Below, piece after piece: positions 12,400 to 26,232 of a stretch of 64,000 bases of DNA (positions within the stretch are counted from its first letter, which is position 1; each line of letters starts with the position of its first letter). The position numbers and the translations under genes were made by a program. The notes under the pieces were generated by a model. That model made no database searches and was not told the origin of the DNA. It saw only the letters and a program-made list of their open reading frames with translations. This DNA comes from Syncephalis fuscata S228 (taxonomy: Eukaryota > Fungi > Zoopagomycota), in NCBI GenBank assembly GCA_025786725.1, contig JAHLTZ010000029.1:62001-126000 (forward strand), in the 5' to 3' direction.

Positions 12400-15300
12400 A
12401 TGGCTTCTGATTCAGAAAGTGGTAGCGAATTCTCGTTAATGGACGAAGATGACTATGTGAATCAACAGCAAAGCGAAGTTCTTAAGGAGGATTCAGACAG
12501 CGAATCTGCTGGGACTTTCGTGACGTCACGAATTGATATGATACAGGATAGCCATCCGTCTGAGATGGCCGTCACTACAACTACCGAAGATATGGTTACG
12601 GATGATGTGTCAAATAGTGGTATTGATGTGCAGTTGAACGATGAAATACAACAACTTGAGAAACAGGCAAGTATATAAATATGTATTAATAAATAAACTA
12701 ATTGTAAATGTCGTATTAGATTAGCGAAGATAGTTATCAGTATAATGCTCATGTTCGTCTTATCGAACTATTAAGATCGGCCAATTGTTTTCAGCCTTGG
12801 AAGTGGCACGGAAACGTATGCATTCCATTTATCCACTTACAGAAGGTAAATAGATTGTAACTGTATTATAGTAAATATATTGATTTATTATTATTATTAT
12901 TATTATTATTAGTGATGTGGCGTCAATGGATAGATGATACAATTGTTGTAGAGCAAAAAAGACACGTAACTGTAAAAGCGCCTTGGTTAAATGATAATGT
13001 GGATCTACTTTATAAACAAGCCATTGAGGATTATATGTGTAGGTTAATTGACCCATCATCATATCAATGTTATTGACACTATTGTTACTATGATAGTTAT
13101 TGGATTGTGGCATGATCGAATTGCTAGAATTCAGATAGAAATTGATAAAAGATTGGAACAGGTTGATGCATCATTTGATGTAAATAATAGTTTTATATCA
13201 GAGATACAGTCTCAATTGCTTGATTTGGCTGTAGATCAAGTGATGTATCATGTAACAGAGGTAAGTTTATATATTTAATCCAATTATTTAACGTAAATTA
13301 ATTACAACAAAATAGAGTGCCCAAGTATGGATTTAGTAATGGATATTGAAGTGTCTATTTTAGAGGTAAATATATTAAATGATGCGTAATGGAATAGCTA
13401 ATAGTTACATGGTATAGAAAGTAAAAAGGTAATAGTATAGTTCAATTAAAGACAATTCAATCAACATGGCGTATATTTATTATTATATATTAGTACAAAG
13501 CAGTTTGAGCGAATTAGATCCATGTTTCTTCGTCGTTTGTCTACTGGACATGCAGGTATGAGTAGTTAAATAGTTATTGAGATATAGTCTATTAAATTTA
13601 TTGGTTGTCATATAGGATTGGAGGTACATTTTCACGCTTATCACCATTAGTAACTGAGTATTGCGCTGAACAATACGAGTCTATTATGGTAGATGCCAAT
13701 CAAAAGAAACAACAAGGAGATAAAGCATACATGATTAGAGAACCATTTGAGACACAATTAGTAAGTAATAGGTAGCAGTTTAATTGATTATAATGTTAAT
13801 AACATCACTGATGGTTAAAGGTACAATCAGGCTATAATCAACACTCATTTGATGCTTATATAGCATTTGAGAAACAACAACGTCCACCGAGTTTGCACAA
13901 TATTCTAATGTTATATGAGCGGGCCCTAATTATTTATTGTTTAAATCCTTTACTTTGGGAACAATATCTACTTTATACTGTAGGTATTAAAGTGTTGATA
14001 GCAATGATGTTAATAATAGTGTTATTTTTATTAGATGGCTCGTGCTGAATCGAACATAGATGCTCAGTTAGCATTATGTCAACGAACAGTTAGAAATTGT
14101 CCGTGGTCTGGTAATCTATGGGTCATTATTTCGTGTATTAGTAAGCTATTTAATTTAGTATACTAATAGGGATTAAATTTATATCATTTGATATTAGGAA
14201 CAATCAAATGCCGCTATAGTCAAATTCATGGTAAGTTGGAGTAAGCACTATACAAACGGTAGTTAATAGTTAGATCTATATGAGAAAACACGACTTTCAA
14301 GTGTTATGCAATCGAATAAAATGGAACTGGTAAAATTAAGTTTAGCTTATTGCAGCTGGGAGCGACGTCGATATGTGGCACAACCAGGTAGGCAATGATG
14401 ATGGTGTAAAGAATGATAGGATTTAGACATATTATAGAATTGGGATCAGACCATTTAAGCAATGTATTAAGCACGGTTATAAATCAATTGGATACATGTG
14501 AGTACAGCATCGGCCTATGGTCCAAAAAGTATGATTAATTTATGTACAATAGTATTTCCAGAAGGCGATGCTACTAACCTGCTATTGGAGTTTGCCGCCC
14601 AAGTCTACGTAAGATAGTGATGAAGTTTGTCTAAGCTTAGTGTAATCATACCATGATATATAGGCATCTACATTGAATAATGTCGATATGGGCCGACAAT
14701 GTTGGCTATCTATTATAAAGAAGCGATCAGTTGAAGCAGATGCATGGTTGGGCTATGTACAATTTGAACGGTAGGTAGAACGTGTTTAATTGGTTATGTT
14801 AATTGATTATATTTAATTAGCCAATATGGCGATGCAACACAGGTACAATCAGTGTTCAAGCAGGCATGTTTCCGTGTAGGTGATTGGCCTGAACGTATAT
14901 TTTCATCTTGGATTGCCTTTGAACAGCAACACGGCACAGCCGATAGTCTAACCGTGGCCTATGCGCGTACCTGTCATCAGGCAGCGGTATTGGCTTCACG
15001 TCTCGATCAAGTAGGTTGTTTACTAGATTGAAAACATTAAACTAATTTAATTAGGCTCAACAAATGGCTTGGATTGAACAAGAGAAGCAGCGTCAAAAAC
15101 AAGAGAAAATACAAGAGGCCAAAGCGGTAAATGAAAGGTTAATTAAATGATACATAATTAATAGTTGATTAGTTAAAGAAAATGCAAGCGGATAAGCTAA
15201 AAGAAGAACATAAGCGTAAGCTAGACAATCAGGATGAAGCATCTAATGAAATGGCAGAAGACAAAGTTGAAGTGTCTACAAAGAAACAAAAACGTATGAA

Positions 15301-17429
15301 AAGTTTATTTGTACAATATTAAATTAATATAAAATATGATGGTTAGAAAATACCAATATAGCATCTACGGATAACACAGCTATAAAAATCACTGATCAAC
15401 CACGGTAAGTTGCTAATATTGAATAGTTATAGTTATTTATACAACAATAAGCAATGAAAAAGCATGTACGGTATTGGTCAGCCCATTATTACCCGATATG
15501 GATGAAATACAGTTGATTGACTTATTTAAACAAGTAAGTTACTATAAACTGAATCGACATAGATTATTAATATTAATAAATATCAGTATGGAGAAGTTAA
15601 AAGTGTATTGCTAGTCAGAGATCAAACAGGCGAATCCAAATCGTATGGTTATATTGTTTTCAATGAATTGGTAGGAATAAAAACTGCCATTAGCATAATA
15701 TTAATTATATATTATGTATAGGGAAGTGCCATGAAAGCATTAGAGCAAGGCCAATTAGCAATTGGTGAAAAGTCATTGGATGTCTTACGAATCCATCCGG
15801 CTACTCAACAAAAAGCCGATCCTACCACACTTTATGTGTGTAATTTCAGTAAACAAATGACTAAAGAACAGCTGAATTCATATTTTTCACCGGTAAGAAC
15901 ACAAATGTTTAAATTATATAGCAATAATAATAATAGTGTTAATGCTATGGATTAGTATGGTAAAATTGTATCTATTCGATTACCCGCCTCACGTAATGAG
16001 AAAGCACGTCAATTTGCCTATATTGAGTATGAACAGCCGGTAAGTTAATGGTAACACATCAATCATAACGGTATAATAACTATGATCATTATTTGATTAG
16101 TCGGAAGCACAAGGCGCACTTGCTATGAATGGACAGTGGAATGAACAAGAAAATCGAACTTGGTCCGTGGCTATTTCCGATCCATCACGTAGATCGGCTA
16201 GAAAAGGAAAAGAGAATACAGATTCGTTAGGATCTACTGCCTCTACAAGTGCTTCTTGTCAGCTATTTGTTTCCAACTTTCCACGTAGTACGGAAAAGGA
16301 GGAATTGGTTCAATTATTCAGTCAAGTAAGTAATTCATTAATTAATTCATTACCACCTTTACTAATCGATCAATTCAGTATGGTGGTCTTCGTGATGTAC
16401 GTATATTACTAGATACAAAAGGCAAATCTAAAGGATGTGGCTTTATTGAATACTATACACATGTAAGTAGCTACTAAAAGAGTAAATAAATAATAGTAAT
16501 GCTATTAATGCTATTAATGATATAGGCCAATGCACAAGCCGCACTTGTATTAAATGACTACTTAATAGGAGATCGACATTTATCAGTAGTTACCGCTGAT
16601 CCTAATAAACGGTAATTTAATTAATCACAAATAGCAATCAATCACTAATAAATCAATATAGAGGCAGCAGTCATCAGAATAAATACACGGGAATGCCAGC
16701 AAATCAAGTATCTGACTCACACTTGTCAGGTGTATTACGTGTTACTCGCTTGCCCGACATCATTACCGAACAAGCAGTAAGAGAGGCCTTTTCCAAGGTA
16801 AGTACTATACGATTGGCTGATTTATACACCACCATTCTAATTTATTGTTGTTATAGTATGGCCAACTACTTAAAGTAAAGCTATTTGGTGGAGGTGGTGC
16901 TATGGTCAAATATAGCACAGATAAGGTAAGAGCGATTAGTTACTATTACATTGATACAGCCTAATTAAATTGATATGTATTTATAGGAGGCCAATAAGGC
17001 CGTGCTAGCCATGAATGATTATGAGATAGTGCCAAGTCATCGTATAACTGTAACATCTGCCCAACAAAGTGTGCTTGCATCTTTGCCATCAGCTGCCACT
17101 ACTACTACTACTACTACAGCAACAGATATTGCAGGGTAAGTAAAAGTTAAATAAATATGGATGTAATAATTAATATAAATAGTAGAATGAGTACCACTAG
17201 TTTAGTGCCACGTCATCTAGGTGGTGGTGGTCAAAGTCATCGTCGTCGACGTCTACCCAACATTTCTCCAACGGGACCAGTATCCGCAACCCGTCGTGGT
17301 ACAGCAACGACGTCATCAAGTACAGCAGTTACTACTACTACTACTACTGATGAAAATAATACCGTATCAACTAGTGAACGTAGTAATGATGATTTTCGTC
17401 AATTGTTTTTACAATCCAAGTCAAAATAA
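12400..17429 (+). CDS. PRP24: U4/U6 snRNP recycling factor Prp24/SART3 (HAT repeats, 4 RRMs, Lsm-interaction motif), many exons
   Basis: HAT-like segments (LYERAL..LWEQY, RTVRNCPWSGNLW, DWPERIFSSWIAFEQQHG). RRMs with RNP1 KSYGYIVF, RQFAYIEY and KGCGFIEY plus a fourth degenerate RRM. C-terminal SNDDFRQLFL. Confidence 0.9.
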
Positions 17430-18662
17430 ACATTTTGGTTATTAGTATAATAATCATTAACAAATATATTTAATTTTCAACGTATTTTCCCACCCAATAA
17501 ACGAACGAATTGACACGGTGTGTATTATGCATGTGTGGATTAATTCACACTGCACACACACTTCTACTACAATTATTTTCTTTACACTCTCACTCTTTCT
17601 CCTTCTCTTTCTTTCTTTCTTTTACACGGACAGTTCCTCGGCGAAATTAACTCGGTTGCGCGTCTATCTTTACTCTCTACCAAACATCCAAACTCAACCA
17701 CACACTCTTTGTGCTTGAATATTGCCAAAGGCGAGGACGAGGACGATTACTGTCATTGATTGCTTCTTTTCTACTACTCTCTACTATCTACCATTAGTAC
17801 ACTACTGTTTTCATCGTCAACCTGGGGTTCTTCTATTCATCAACATCATCATCATCAAGATTGGTAAGTTCTAAAACAGTGTTTAACGCGCGCGCTTTTA
17901 TTTTATTCAAATTTGCTATATTATATGTATGTCTTAAACACCATGGTTTTGATAGAACATGATGAGTTAAAGAAACGACCTGTTATAGTAATGAATCGAT
18001 TGCTATACCATATACAAAGGATATATGCGTAAAGGCATATGATAGCATATAGCTTTTGATAATTGAATGAAATGTGGTGTATTTATAGGCATCAAGTAGA
18101 TGTCATATAATTATCATATAAATAGAGCAACAAAATGATAAAGAAAAAGTGTTAAATAATTAATACTTATTTCTGTGAATTGTTAATTAAATATTAGATG
18201 TAATTCAATTACTAACTAACCATCATCTAATAGTCTGTCTTTATATTCCTTCTAGTGATTGCATCGGTTACACTTGACGTGACGCGGTGAATATTTCTCT
18301 TTTTTCTTACCCCATACGCTCTCTCTCTCTCTCTTCTCCCTTTCTCATACTCTCTCCCTCTTTTTAGCACTTTTACTGTGCGTTATTTTCATTGTACTAT
18401 AGGCGGACTTCACCTATATATATATACACACACATATTTTATTTCTGCTTCTTATACCGTTTCTGTGGCTGCGTATAATTAACTTTACAAAAGTACGCGC
18501 AAGGTTACCTCCACAGGTCCGTATTGGCTAGTCTTGTGGCCGTTGACGTTTGACGCGTGTTAACATACATCCGTCGACCATTTATCCTATCAGTATTATT
18601 AATACTGTTACTATCGCCGCCATTATCGCCACGACACATCGTCGACTGGTGGCTTTGTAACC

Positions 18663-20468
18663 ATGGCGTCCAATATGCTTACGCAACAACAACAAACAAA
18701 GTAAGCAATGATGAATATAAAGCGTTTTGATAATCTAATAAAATATTCGATTGTAGTGAGAATCCAGAAGGCTGGAAAACAAAGCTTAATCTACCCGCTA
18801 AAGATATACGACCACAAACAGAGGTAATTGAGACGTATTGGTAATGGCTTGAACTTTCAATTAATCTGAGACGATTGGATCTCAGGATGTTACTGCTACC
18901 AAAGGAAACGAGTTTGAAGACTATTTTCTAAAGCGTGAACTGCTTATGGGTATTTTTGAGGCTGGATTTGAGCGGCCCTCGCCTATTCAAGAGGAATCAA
19001 TCCCTATTGCACTCACAGGACGTGATATTTTGGCCCGAGCAAAGAACGGTACAGGCAAGACAGCGGCATTTGTTATTCCATCGCTGGAAAAAGTAGCTAC
19101 ACGTAAACAAAAAATCCAAGCATTATTACTAGTGCCGACACGTGAACTTGCATTGCAAACATCACAGGTTTGTAAAACACTAGGCAAACATCTAGGTGTT
19201 CAAGTGATGGTCACTACGGGTGGTACAACGCTTAAGGATGATATTATGCGTTTGGCCGAACCGGTTCATATTCTTGTTGGTACTCCAGGTCGTATTCTTG
19301 ACTTGGCCAGTAAAGGTGTGGCCGATTTTAGCGAGTGTCCAACATTTGTTATGGACGAAGCAGATAAATTGCTCAGTCCAGAGTTTTCTCCTGTTGTAGA
19401 AAAGCTTTTAGGCTTTTTTCCCAAAGACCGACAAATTATGCTATACAGTGCCACCTTCCCAATTATTGTTAAAAACTTTAAAGTAAGTTATCTACAGATA
19501 CCCCCTATACATTAAATGGTCTATTGTTTACTTAAATATAACGTTGTTATAGGACAAATACATGACAAAGCCGTATGAAATTAATCTTATGGACGAGTTG
19601 ACATTACGTGGTGTAACACAGTATTATGCATTTGTTGAAGAACGCCAAAAAGTACACTGTCTAAACACTTTATTCTCTAAACTCCAAATCAACCAATCTA
19701 TTATTTTCTGTAACTCTACCAACCGAGTCGAATTATTGGCCAAAAAGATTACGGAGCTTGGCTATTCCTGTTTTTACAGCCACGCTAAGATGCCACAACA
19801 AAACCGTAATCGCGTTTTCCACGATTTCCGCAACGGTGTCTGCCGTAATCTTGTATGTTCCGATCTATTGACACGCGGTATCGATATCCAGGCCGTCAAC
19901 GTGGTTATTAATTTTGATTTTCCTAAAAACGCCGAAACTTATTTGCATCGTATAGGCCGTAGTGGCCGTTTTGGTCACTTGGGTCTGGCCATTAATCTGA
20001 TTACTTATGACGATCGATTTAATCTATATAAGATTGAACAGGAACTTGGCACGGAAATCGAGCCTATTCCACCAGTGATCGACAAGCGTTTGTATGTAGC
20101 TCCTAATTTATTGGACGAGGCCGCTGGACAACCACGCGTGTCACCGCAGCAACAGCAGCAACAGCAACAACAGTTGCAACAACAATTCCAACAGCAACGC
20201 CAATATCAACGCCATATCCATCAACAGCATCATGGTCAACATCAGGTACAACAATATGCTTCACACCAACAGCAGTCACATCACCACCACCACCACAACA
20301 ACAACAACAACACAGCAGCATCAGTCGCACCACCATCAACAACAACAACATCACCAGCCTAATCACCATCGACATCCACAGCAACGTCGTCGTGGTGGCC
20401 GAGGTGGTGGACATGCTGCTGCAAATAATGGAGGCGGAGGCGGTATGAATGTGCAGCCTGGTATGTAA
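18663..20468 (+). CDS. DHH1: DEAD-box RNA helicase Dhh1/DDX6
   Basis: [52 protein letters not shown]. Introns at about 18701-18756, 18824-18885 and 19483-19552. The Q/H-rich tail stops at 20362 as written, or at 20468 after a frameshift in the CAC/CAA tract. Confidence 0.96.
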
Positions 20469-21269
20469 ATTAGTTTGATGGCTTCTCTGTTTTCAATCCT
20501 TACCTTCATCGCAACGTTCAACCTTTTACCCACGCCCACCCATTAAGATTCACGATAGACCAAACCACTTTTATTATCGGAATAAGTTTCTTTTGTTTAT
20601 TTTCAAAAAGGTTTACTTTTTGATTCACCGCACGTCTACCATAGTATACTGCATCATCATGCTTGCTTTTATTTCATACGACTGCAACGGTCACTGCAGC
20701 GTGTGCTTTTTCTACTTACGACTACTTCACCTCTACTCGCCTACCAATCCTTACTTCTCCAAATCTCGCCCACCTACTAAACATATGACTTAATGATGGT
20801 GTATTTTGTTTCACTTTCTCTTCCTACTACTTCTCCATGGCCATAGCAATTTATGGCCACATTCGATGCTTTTTTTTGATTGTAGTAGTAGTGACTAAAT
20901 GATTATAGGACGATAGACATTTGACTATCATTTAGTACAATACAAAATAAACACTCGTCATATGTTAAACTATAAAGTTTACATGCAAATAGCCAAGTGT
21001 TAATTGTCATGGCTTTTATTCCTATTGCTTCTTGTTGCATCGTTGATGAAACTAGCTGAATAGCTTGCATTAGCATTAACTGCAGCTTAATTAGTTTTAG
21101 CAAACAAATCTGCGTAATTTATTAAATTTCTAGCAATAACAGTATATTATTTTATAGTTGATACGATTATACATAGGAAATTAAAATTAAAAATTAATTT
21201 TTTAAATTATTATTATTATTGGCATCATTAATCCTTAAAATACCGTCTGTATTTACACTAGCTAATTTA

Positions 21270-22601
21270 CTACGCTATCCTATCCTCAATATACTGTTTT
21301 CCTTTGTCCGAGCCATCGTCAGCAGTGGATATCGTTTCAACGCGACGTATCCATTTTACTGGCTCATGGCATCTTGGACATGGATAGCTGGGATCAGTCA
21401 TTAGACGAGAGCGTATACAGTAATAGCAATAGACGTGACCGCAACTTGTCACGTAAGGTAGCTGCACTTGTGTACCCAATACCACTTGATCTTTCGGCTG
21501 ATCTTGATGACAAAAAGCGCACACTCGCTCCGGTAATTCGGCCAATCCTGTATCTGCCTTTGTCAGTCGTCGACGTATAATATTGCCAAGTCGTTCCAGA
21601 TTGATCAAGGGCATAAGAAACAGTAAAAATTCCTGTAGAAGCATCAATAAACAAATGTTAATATTAGTCAATGTAGTGCTTATTGATTTGTGTATACAAT
21701 TCATATTACCGTGAATGCATGCCATACAAGTTGCCTATTAAGAAATTCAAAGCTAACAGCGCGCTTGTTTGTTTATTGGCATATATGAGCCGCATTCCCA
21801 GTATGCGCTCCAATGGTGTACGATAGCTATCCGGCAGCACATTAGTCGTTTTACTTAATAAAGATAAATTCCACTTACCGTCCATTAAATAGAAATACAA
21901 TAAGATTAGCCAATGTGATTAAGCGGCCGATACGTTCGGCTTGCTGCATCCATTGCCAGCATTTGCGACGCCAGTCATGCTAATTTATATGATTTAGCCT
22001 GTATATCCTATAAAACTGTTTGTAGTTATCCTTACTTCAGGCATATCTGCCCAACCAAGTTGCGCTATATAATGTGAGAAACGTCGCCATGCATATCGTC
22101 CACCAACGTGAGTTAAACAAAAAAGACCGGACTGTAGTTTGGTCAGTGGTGCATGTTGGTTATTGTCTTGAACTGACAGTAGCTTTCGATGGCGACTATG
22201 TTCGTATTCATTACGATAGCGCAAGTTTTGAAGGCGTGCTCCGTAGGTGGCCGAGTTATTTGTGCCAAATAGCGCAAAACCATACACAAGTGCCTCTAGA
22301 CCAGCACTGATCTCGTCTTTGTATCGTTCCTTAATATTGCCCTATCGCATAGATATATTCGTTGATAAGCAATACCGCGTCTATACAATAGCAATTACTA
22401 CAACCTTAAATAAAGAAACTGCTTGCTGTGCTTGGTCGAGAAGCGTGCTATTAAGCTCTGAATCCAGCAAGGACGCGTCTAGCTGACAAACTCGTTGCAC
22501 ACGAAGAGGTGTGCCACGACCGTGGAATTTAGACTGTCGCGTAGACGCTCTACTTCTGGCTGTGCCGCACTGGCTGCCGAGTCCCAGAATGCTGTCGTCA
22601 T
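21270..22601 (-). CDS. PEX2: Peroxin 2, RING-finger peroxisomal E3 ligase subunit
   Basis: RVCQLDASLLDSEL, ATYGARLQNLRY, EFLLFLMPLIN, and RING CAFC...CGHVYCYYC...CPRC. Some apparent indels. Confidence 0.9.
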
Positions 22602-23177
22602 GATCTGTTTAAAGAGCAAATGTGAATTGCAGGCAATATAACCGATAGAAAAGGAAAGTGTTACCTAACAACCATCGTTGATTATAATTAGTCTTATTTA
22701 AAGCATTGTATTGTAGCAATACATCGACATAGTAATCAGTTGGCCAATGTCGTGCTGTAGACGTCCATAGTTATATCACATCGTTAATAATACTATTTAT
22801 GCTTTTATTGCTATTATACCATACTTAATATTTGTATTTGAGTGGCTATAAAAGCATTCTATGACTTTTCAATAAAAAGCTATATAAATACTTTTAGCAT
22901 TCATAAATATTATACGTTATACTAATATACATTTTATAGTACTAAACTTTATTTAGTGTAATCATTATTATCAGTTAAATACTGTCTCATTTACATTATT
23001 ACAGCATAATAGCATTAATAAGCAATTAAAGAATATGGATAGTATTAAAAATATTATCATATGCGTGTAATGGAAGCAATGAGTGAATATTTATAACAAA
23101 TATGGTTGGTAATAAACAATTAAATTTTATTAAAGTATGTTGTAGGTATATCATATAATGATATAGGTGAATCGAAG

Positions 23178-23300
23178 ATATATGCATATTGTATAATGGA
23201 TCTATAATGATAGTATTTGATGACTGATGTCACTCACCGCCCATCATCATGTTCAATAGATTAGGCGTCATTAAATATAGTCATTTAACACTAAATTACA
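23178..23300 (+). repeat. Dispersed repeat family copy
   Basis: gatatatgcatat...agtatttgatgactgatgtcactcaccgcccatcatcatgttcaatagatt. Weaker similarity to 4545-4700 extends about 170 bp further upstream. Confidence 0.8.
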
Positions 23301-26232
23301 CTAATTAATAAATTATTTATAAAGTCAGCTGCATAATGTACTGAGCTGTATCAGATGCACTTAATTGTAATCTAATTACTCAAGCATCAATACTTTTTGT
23401 ACTAAATAAATACAGCAAGCAATTATATAAGCAATAGTAATAAATCCATCGTTATAATGTTGTATCACTTCACTAGACATTCCATATACTTTATTATAAT
23501 TCTTTCAGTTCGATGTATATGTTATTCTCTTTATCTTTACTACCAATGTCAGTTTATTTATTTGACTAACACGCTTAGAAAACATGCAATAACAATATCA
23601 ATTATCATTTGACTAGATAGAAAACTAAATGAATATATATTCTTTCCATTTGGAAAACCATGCCAAATGACAATATCAACTACAGTATAGAATATTACTG
23701 TTGATACTTGTACCGATAAAGGCAATAACTGGTATTGTAAATTACATGCAGAAATAATGGCGAATGCTGAAAAGTGCAATCTGAATATTGGCTCAATATT
23801 AATGTTTGAATAATTATATAAAATATTTGTTAGTATTGCTTGTAGTAATAAAGCACTATGCATCTAATTAATTATTGTTCATATGTAATTTATGGTGCAC
23901 ATATAATGCAATTGTTTGTTGTTTGGATGTTATTATTTTGTTATATAAATGTTATAAATAAATTAAAAATGTTAAAAGTTGCTAATCATGATGATGGCTA
24001 TATAGAAACTATGCGTCCACCTGGAATACTGACGATACCACCATTGGTGCAAGTATCATATGTCAGAAGCACATAGCTTTATACTAGCTTCCTATCAAGA
24101 TGATAATACGGTTTATTAAACAATATGATATGCAGCAATAAACACCACTGGTCTACTGGTTCACCCAATTGTAGCTAGTGTGTAAAGCTAAGTGTATAAA
24201 CACCATTGCATGTTACGATTAAAAAATGGATATTATTATATGCTAATGCGTTATCAAATGGCCACAACATAACCATAGTGGTATATCATCTAACAATACC
24301 GGCAGAAACAGGGCCCGGGGTAGACGGTTCTAAATACCGTGGCTCGCAACACAGCGTTTAGATGATATGATACTAATGAAGTTATACTGCAATATTCAAC
24401 AAACCCACAAGTAAACAGTATGGATATACTTCGCTATTATAGGCAATTGCATATCACACCAATCTAGTGTGTGATGGTAGTGTTCAGCAAGTTGAACACT
24501 ACCACACACCTCCAGCGCGCATTACAAACAAGTGAGCACTAACATATGCCACCCATCACAGGTCGCCGCATCCACATGAGGGAGCGCACAGCAATACTGA
24601 CTTGCTAAATACTGCTACTGCACCCTGATATCCCACATGTTTCCGCACTACACTAGTATACAGCTGCCTATTACGGGCAGTAATATAATTACTGAGCCAG
24701 TATAATACAATAGTCTGCAATATTATATTACACATTCAACACAGCTCACAAGTAAGAACACAGTATTCCATGGTCAACCAACAAAGGAACCACAAACCAC
24801 TAGATGTAACTACTAGATTTGATGCTATACCATTAACAACTAGAAACAGAAGGAGGCGAGGTAATAGCAAAAGCATTCCATGCACGTTCTTATAAAATTG
24901 CCCCAAAACATATCCATTAATTAGAATGGATAATATTGGTAAATAGTACGTGGTAGCTGCTCATTGGCGTATTGCAACTGACTGAAACCTTCTAATGCAG
25001 ATACCATCTTACCAGTAATTGGATTATAATCCCTTCCTTATTTCCATATTCGATCACTTTTTGCCTTCCATTTGCCGGTCATTTCCGCGCATAATCAGCA
25101 TATCTACACTGGCTAGTTGAATCAATTGGCCAATGCAACTGAAACATAGCCAAATGCAACCATTCTTAATCAGTTGTACCACTATAATAGCGGCTCTTTC
25201 CGATGCTATCAATATTGTCAGGGTCTAGCGGGTATTTTTGCTTTCCCCCAAGTATTCTTGCCATTTGGCACACAATTAAATCAGTCGATTCACACAATTT
25301 ATTACTGTATTAGTTAAATAAAAATGACTACTTTTCTTTAGAAATATGGTCTATAACATAATTCACCGATTGAGTTTCAATGCTACTAAATAGAATAAAA
25401 TACACGTTGTTCATATTACATACAAAGTCCGTTAAAGTTATAAGTAAAAACAGGAATAAACACGTAATCATATCGACTGCAAAGGCCAACATGAAAACCA
25501 GTATGATGTAGCACATGCATGCTTAGCCAAGTGACTATATAAAATACCGATATGCACAGTAGTTTGCTATGTAATTTATGAACAGAGCTGTAATATTAAT
25601 AGGTTGAGTATGCTACAATAAAGCTAACGTTGAATTATTTATAAAACAAAGTATTATTAATGTCAATTTATTTTAATACTGATTAGAATTCGATATCGTA
25701 AATGTGTTTACATCCAGCAGTATGTTGTTGCAATTATTTAAAAAATGCGATTAAGCCATTGTATTCATTTACTAATGTCCATGCATGACATTAAAATCTT
25801 CAATGTCAATGCTCAGAGTATTATGCTGTCATTAGAAATAAAAGCGTATTGCTTTTTTGTGCTATTTTTTATTGTTATCAATTATAAAATAAAACTGTCA
25901 CAGTATAAATAACATGTGTATTCCAATTTAAACATTATTATTCGCTGTATTTATTGTCTGTCAGCACATTGTACTACATTCCTTTATATCTCTGCGCTGC
26001 ATGTCTTTGTTTTATTGCGTAATATTCAAATTTGAATGGCTTAATGCGCTCACAATCAAATATGTCATTGTTTTTATCATTGTGCTACTATGCCTACCTT
26101 AAGCTATAGCAATAACAAATGTGTCCATTTTGCTATAAATACCTTTCAATTAACACACATTAAATAATTACTATTCTTTACATTCAATAATAACATTCCA
26201 CTTTTAATACTTGCTTCTATAATTGAATTATT

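Noticed and set aside
9680-12910. (TTA)n tracts at ~9680 and ~12885 and a (GAC)n tract at ~10750
   Set aside because: Ordinary intronic or intergenic microsatellites, not telomeric repeats.
17950-18080. Box C/D snoRNA in the DHH1 leader intron (ATGATGA at ~17959)
   Set aside because: No properly placed CTGA box D or terminal stem was found.
23558-24076. ORFs 23558-23863 and 23858-24076, and similar short AT-rich ORFs (4197, 6270, 25328, 39226, 51796)
   Set aside because: Low-complexity I/L/Y/F-rich translations expected by chance in AT-rich DNA, with no recognisable motifs or splice structure.
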